Below, one piece after another: positions 63,401 through 64,000 of a DNA stretch of 64,000 nucleotides (positions within the stretch are counted from its first letter, which is position 1; each line of letters starts with the position of its first letter). The stretch is from the NCBI GenBank assembly GCA_965541585.1, contig CBEUCH010000013.1:1-64000 (forward strand), given 5' to 3'. The position numbers and the translations under genes were made by a program. The DNA is from an uncultured bacterium (GTDB taxonomy: Bacteria; Zixibacteria; MSB-5A5; UBA10806). The notes beneath the pieces were generated by a model that ran no database searches, was not told the DNA's origin, and saw only the letters and a program-made list of their open reading frames with translations.

Positions 63401-64000
63401 ACTTTGTGACTTTCATCGCCTCCGACGGCGCTCTGGCCGATTCGCAGAACGTGATGATCACGGTCAACAATATTAACCGTGCACCTGTTTTAGATACCAT
63501 ACCGACGCCGCAGGTTGTAGCCGAGGGATCTTTGCTGCAGCTAACGGTTACCTCGAGCGATCCGGACACCACTATTCCGGTACTGACGGCCGAGAATCTG
63601 CCGCCTAACGCCACCTTTGCCGATTCCGGTGACGGCAGCGGCGATTTCCAGTTCAATCCGGATTATACGCAGTCAGGTTCGTATCAGGTGTTGTTTATAT
63701 CCTCGGATGGAGACCTGGCCGATTCGCAGTATGTTGATATAGATGTTATCGAGACCGACCGTCCGCCGGTCTTAGATCCGATCCTGCCGCAGACAGTAGC
63801 AGAAGGCGATCATCTCGATCTGCGGATAACGGCCTCCGATCCGGATGGCGATCTCGTCGGTCTGGTGGCGGAGTTATTGCCGGCCAATTCGGCTTTCTTC
63901 GATTCCACGGGAGGCGTCGGTGGGTTTGTCTTCGATCCCGATTACACTCAATCCGGCCCTTACCAGGTGAGATTTATCGCTAATTCTAATTCTCTGGCGG
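51463..64000 (+). CDS. Giant secreted protein with tandem ~93-aa Ig/cadherin-like repeats (partial, >4,170 aa)
   Basis: ATG 51463 MIPKQPRKAIGYLPLALFALIFLFPLSARAQ signal peptide. Frame appears open to the window end (no stop-terminated ORF in this frame in the track); repeats read in-frame throughout. Confidence 0.9.
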   Translation, partial: MIPKQPRKAIGYLPLALFALIFLFPLSARAQLAESLYVDSSSSSRPISSEINSHGATDGAEASISGNLAAPQDTWTFDFDDTINPGQVIINAQIFITHRQSGYIDDSLVIEYFDGNNFIQFESFANVPTSLTTIGPFNADSITSTDQLNGFQVQMRGIQKARGHDVITYYVDAVELRLTYQANEPPVVDPIPPQIIAEGAHLDVRLTASDPDIGDILTLTAENLPPNASFSDSSGGVGGLIFDPDFTQAGFYQVSIIATDQGGLADTGTVDITVTNVDLPPVLDPISPQIMAEGAHLDLTITASDPDGDVIGLVAELLPPNSAFFDSTGGIGGFTFDPDYTQSGPHQVRFIASSNSLADTQLVDITVTDVDRPPVLDPISPQIMAEGDHLDLRVTASDPDGDVISLLAELLPPNSAFFDSTGGVGGFTFDPDYTQSGPHQIRFIASSNSLADTHLVDITVTNVDRPPVLDPISPQIMAEGDHLDLRVTASDPDGDLIGLVAELLPPNSAFFDSTGGVGGFTFDPDYTQSGPHQVRFIASSNSLADTQLVDITVTDVDRPPVLDPISPQTMAEGDHLDLRVTASDPDGDPISLVAELLPPNSAFFDSTGGVGGFTFDPDYTQSGPHQVRFIANSNSLADTQLVDITVTNVDLPPVLDPISPQTMAEGDHLDLTITASDPDGDVIGLVGELLPPNSAFFDSTGGVGGFTFDPDYTQSGPHQVRFIANSNSLADTQLVDITVTNVDLPPALDPISPQTVFEGAHLDLRVTASDADGDVISLVAELLPANSAFFDSTGGIGGFTFDPDYDQAGPYQVRFIASSTALADTQLVDITVINVGLPPVIDPVSAQSVDEAGHLDVRVTASDPDLGDVITLTAEQLPANASFADSSGGVGGLVFDPDFTQAGFYQVRIIATDTGALADTEMVDITVNQINAPPVLEPIGPRFVDEGSHLEFVLISSDVDGDSIILTAENLPANSAFADSGNGHGLFQFDPDFNQSAIYPVRFIASDGILADSEIVDITVNDVDRSPILDPISPQIMAEGGHLDLRVTASDPDGDPIGLIAELLPPNSAFFDSTGGVGGFTFDPDYTQSGPHQVRFIANSNALADTQLVDITVTNVDLPPVLDPISPQTMGEGGHLDLRVTASDPDGDPIGLIAELLPANSAFFDSTGGVGGFTFDPDYTQSGPHQVRFIANSNSLADTQLVDITVTNVDLPPVLDPISPQIMAEGGHLDLRVTASDPDGDPIGLIAELLPPNSAFFDSTGGVGGLIFDPDYTQSGPHQVRFIANSNSLADTQLVDITVTNVDLPPVLDPISPQIMAEGDHLDLRITTSDPDGDPIGLIAELLPPNSAFFDSTGGVGGFTFDPDYTQSGPHQVRFIANSNSLADTQLVDITVTNVDLPPVLDPISPQIMAEGDHLDLRVTASDPDGDPIGLIAELLPPNSAFFDSTGGVGGFTFDPDYTQSGPHQVRFIANSNALADTQLVDITVTNVDLPPVLDPISPQIMAEGGHLDLRVTASDPDGDPIGLIAELLPANSAFFDSTGGVGGFTFDPDYSQSGPHQVRFIANSNSLADTQLVDITVTNVDLPPVLDPISPQIMAEGDHLDLRITASDPDGDPVGLIAELLPPNSAFFDSTGGVGGFTFDPDYTQSGPHQVRFIANSNSLADTQLVDITVTNVDLPPVLDPISPQILAEGDHLDLRITASDPDGDPIGIIAELLPANSAFFDSTGGVGGFTFDPDYTQSGPHQVRFIANSNTLADTQLVDITVTNVDLPPVLDPISPQIIAEGGHLDLRVTASDPDGDPVGLMAELLPANSAFFDSTGGVGGLTFDPDYTQSGPHQVRFIANSNTLADTQLVDITVTNVDLPPVLDPISPQIMAEGDHLDLRITASDPDGDPIGLIAELLPANSAFFDSTGGVGGFTFDPDYTQSGPHQVRFIANSNSLADTQLVDITVTDVDLPPVFDPIPSQSVDENSHLDIRVTASDFDGDPIILTAEGLPANASFADSSNGVGGFTFDPDFFQSGDYTVTFIANSNALADTEFVDITVNNVNRAPLLNPIGNRSVIEGGNISFEITASDPDLVTPSLTAQDLPINASFVDSLDGTGQFTFNPGYTQAGLYDVLFIASDGDLADSEMVQITVFDAGNQPPEIDYIGPQLVYEGYHLELLVTASDPDSTIPALQGLNLPANSAFADSGNGNASFTFDPDYTQSGVYNVLFRAYDGGLYDSLWVGITVLDSNRTPILDPIGSQTVTEGNRLQFVITSSDPDGTTPQLSTGALPFNAVFEDSLNGNGLFTFDPDFTQSGIDTILFVAADGLLADSEFVEITILEFGNNPPVLDPIGPQSVDEGSQLQVIISASDLDGTIPSLAAEGLPANAAFTDSLNGRGLFEFSPSYFQSGPYQVRFIASDGVASDTELVDITVNDIDRLPVLDPISPQILAEGDHLDLRVTASDPDGDPINLLAELLPANSAFFDSTGGVGGFTFDPDYTQSGPHQVRFIANSNALADTQLVDITVTNVDLPPVLDPISAQIVAEGDHLDLRITASDPDGDPIGLVAELLPPNSAFFDSTGGVGGFTFDPDYTQSGPHQVRFIASSTTFADTQLVDITVTDVDLPPVLDPISAQVIAEGNHLDLRITASDPDGDPIGLVAELLPPNSAFFDSTGGVGGFTFDPDYTQSGPHQVRFIANSNALADTQLVDITVTNVDLPPVLDPISPQTMAEGDHLDLRITASDPDGDPIGLIAELLPPNSVFFDSTGGVGGFTFDPDYTQSGPHQVRFIANSNSLADTQLVDITVTNVDLPPVLDPISPQTMAEGDHLDLRITASDPDGDPIGIIAELLPPNSAFFDSTGGVGGFTFDPDYTQSGPHQVRFIANSNSLADTQVVDITVTEVDRPPVLDPISPQTMAEGDHLDLRITASDPDGDLIGLVAELLPVNSAFFDSTGGVGGLTFDPDYTQSGPHQVRFIASSNSLADTQLVDITVTNVDLPPVLDPISPQTVAEGGHLDLRITASDPDGDPIGLVAELLPVNSAFFDSTGGVGGFTFDPDYTQSGPHQVRFIATSNSLADTQLVDITVTELDRSPVLDPISPQTMAEGDHLDLRITASDPDGDPVGLVAELLPANSAFFDSTGGVGGFTFDPDYTQSGPYQVRFIANSNSLADTQLVDITVTELDRPPVIDPISPQTMAEGDHLDLRITAADPDGDAISLVAELLPVNSAFFDSTGGVGGFTFDPDYTQSGPYQIRFIANSNSLADTQLVDITVTNVDLPSVLDPISPQTMAEGDHLDLRITASDPDGDPIGLVAELLPANSAFFDSTGGVGGFTFDPDYTQSGPHQVRFIANSNSLADTQLVDITVTELDRQPVLDPISPQTMAEGDHLDLRITASDPDGDPVGLVAELLPPNSAFFDSTGGVGGFTFDPDYTQSGPYQVRFIANSNSLADTQLVDITVTNVDLPPLLDPISPQTVSEGGHLDLRITASDPDGDPVGLVAELLPPNSAFFDSTGGVGGFTFDPDYTQSGPYQVRFIANSNSLSDTQLVDITVLEAGDQPPIWDPISPQTVAEGDHLDLQVTATDPEGDIISLTAELLPANSAFVDSTGGVGGFTFDPDYFQADLYQVRFIATANAQSDTALVDITVTDTPRPPIWDPIGDRALFEGESISFIVTATDPDLTIPLLSVDSLPANAVFTDSLNGNGLFSFSPDYTQAGQHILTFIASDGVLSDSEVVNIFVFEAGNQPPEIDSVAPQSVVEAQHLEFVVTSSDPEGTIPALQAFDLPANAAFADSGNGHGLFTFDPDYTQSGVHNVLFQAFDGELYDSLYVEITVVDFPFAPVLDPIGAQIVTEGDTLQVVITSSDPDGTDPQLLTGPLPVNATFEDSLNGHGLFVFTPDFTQAGIDTVLFIATDGALSDSEYVQITVVEFGNNPPVLDPISSQTVDEGSLLQVLVSASDPDSTIPLLSTIILPVNATFTDSLNGTGLLEFTPDYFQSGVYFVTFIASDGALADSQNVMITVNNINRAPVLDTIPTPQVVAEGSLLQLTVTSSDPDTTIPVLTAENLPPNATFADSGDGSGDFQFNPDYTQSGSYQVLFISSDGDLADSQYVDIDVIETDRPPVLDPILPQTVAEGDHLDLRITASDPDGDLVGLVAELLPANSAFFDSTGGVGGFVFDPDYTQSGPYQVRFIANSNSLA
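52009..64000 (+). repeat. About 43 tandem 279-285 bp coding repeats
   Basis: Period 279 bp (e.g. 52294, 52573, 52852...). Consensus DLPPVLDPISPQIMAEGDHLDLRVTASDPDGDPIGLIAELLPPNSAFFDSTGGVGGFTFDPDYTQSGPHQVRFIANSNSLADTQLVDITVTNV. Confidence 0.95.

Noticed and set aside
51853..63656. Many recurring short minus-strand ORFs (MKPPTPPVESKK...)
   Set aside because: Antisense readings of the 279-bp coding repeat.
52009..64000. Possible CRISPR array or DGR template/variable repeats
   Set aside because: Repeats are contiguous in-frame coding units with no spacers; differences are mostly synonymous, not adenine-specific; no reverse transcriptase or cas gene in the window.

Overview
Bacterial chromosomal window. 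The many secreted proteins with a T9SS-type 'NYPNPFN...KMxLxK' C-terminal domain (CTD), plus cohesin/dockerin modules, suggest an FCB-group lineage such as Zixibacteria; this is inference only. Contents: paralogous beta-helix and LVIVD secreted proteins, outer-membrane barrels, a GT2 mannosyl-phosphoryl-lipid synthase with a flippase-like gene, a fused type IIG/IIL restriction-modification gene, a HAD/methyltransferase/ychF operon, a DarTG toxin-antitoxin pair whose darT is frameshifted, lon, ogt and cstA. Then come a GAF histidine kinase and a Ser/Thr kinase-TPR gene, a cohesin/dockerin gene cluster, and the first ~4,180 codons of a giant Ig-repeat protein that the ORF track lacks because it runs off the window. 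The best candidate for a new system is an unannotated 25-aa peptide gene (MVDFILEVEELEERIAPGGYTGAGS, 42584-42661, minus strand). It has its own promoter, palindromic operator, 5' hairpin, strong SD and terminator, and converges on the kinase-TPR/histidine-kinase operon, which suggests a peptide signalling module. No rRNA, tRNA, CRISPR array or transposase was recognised.
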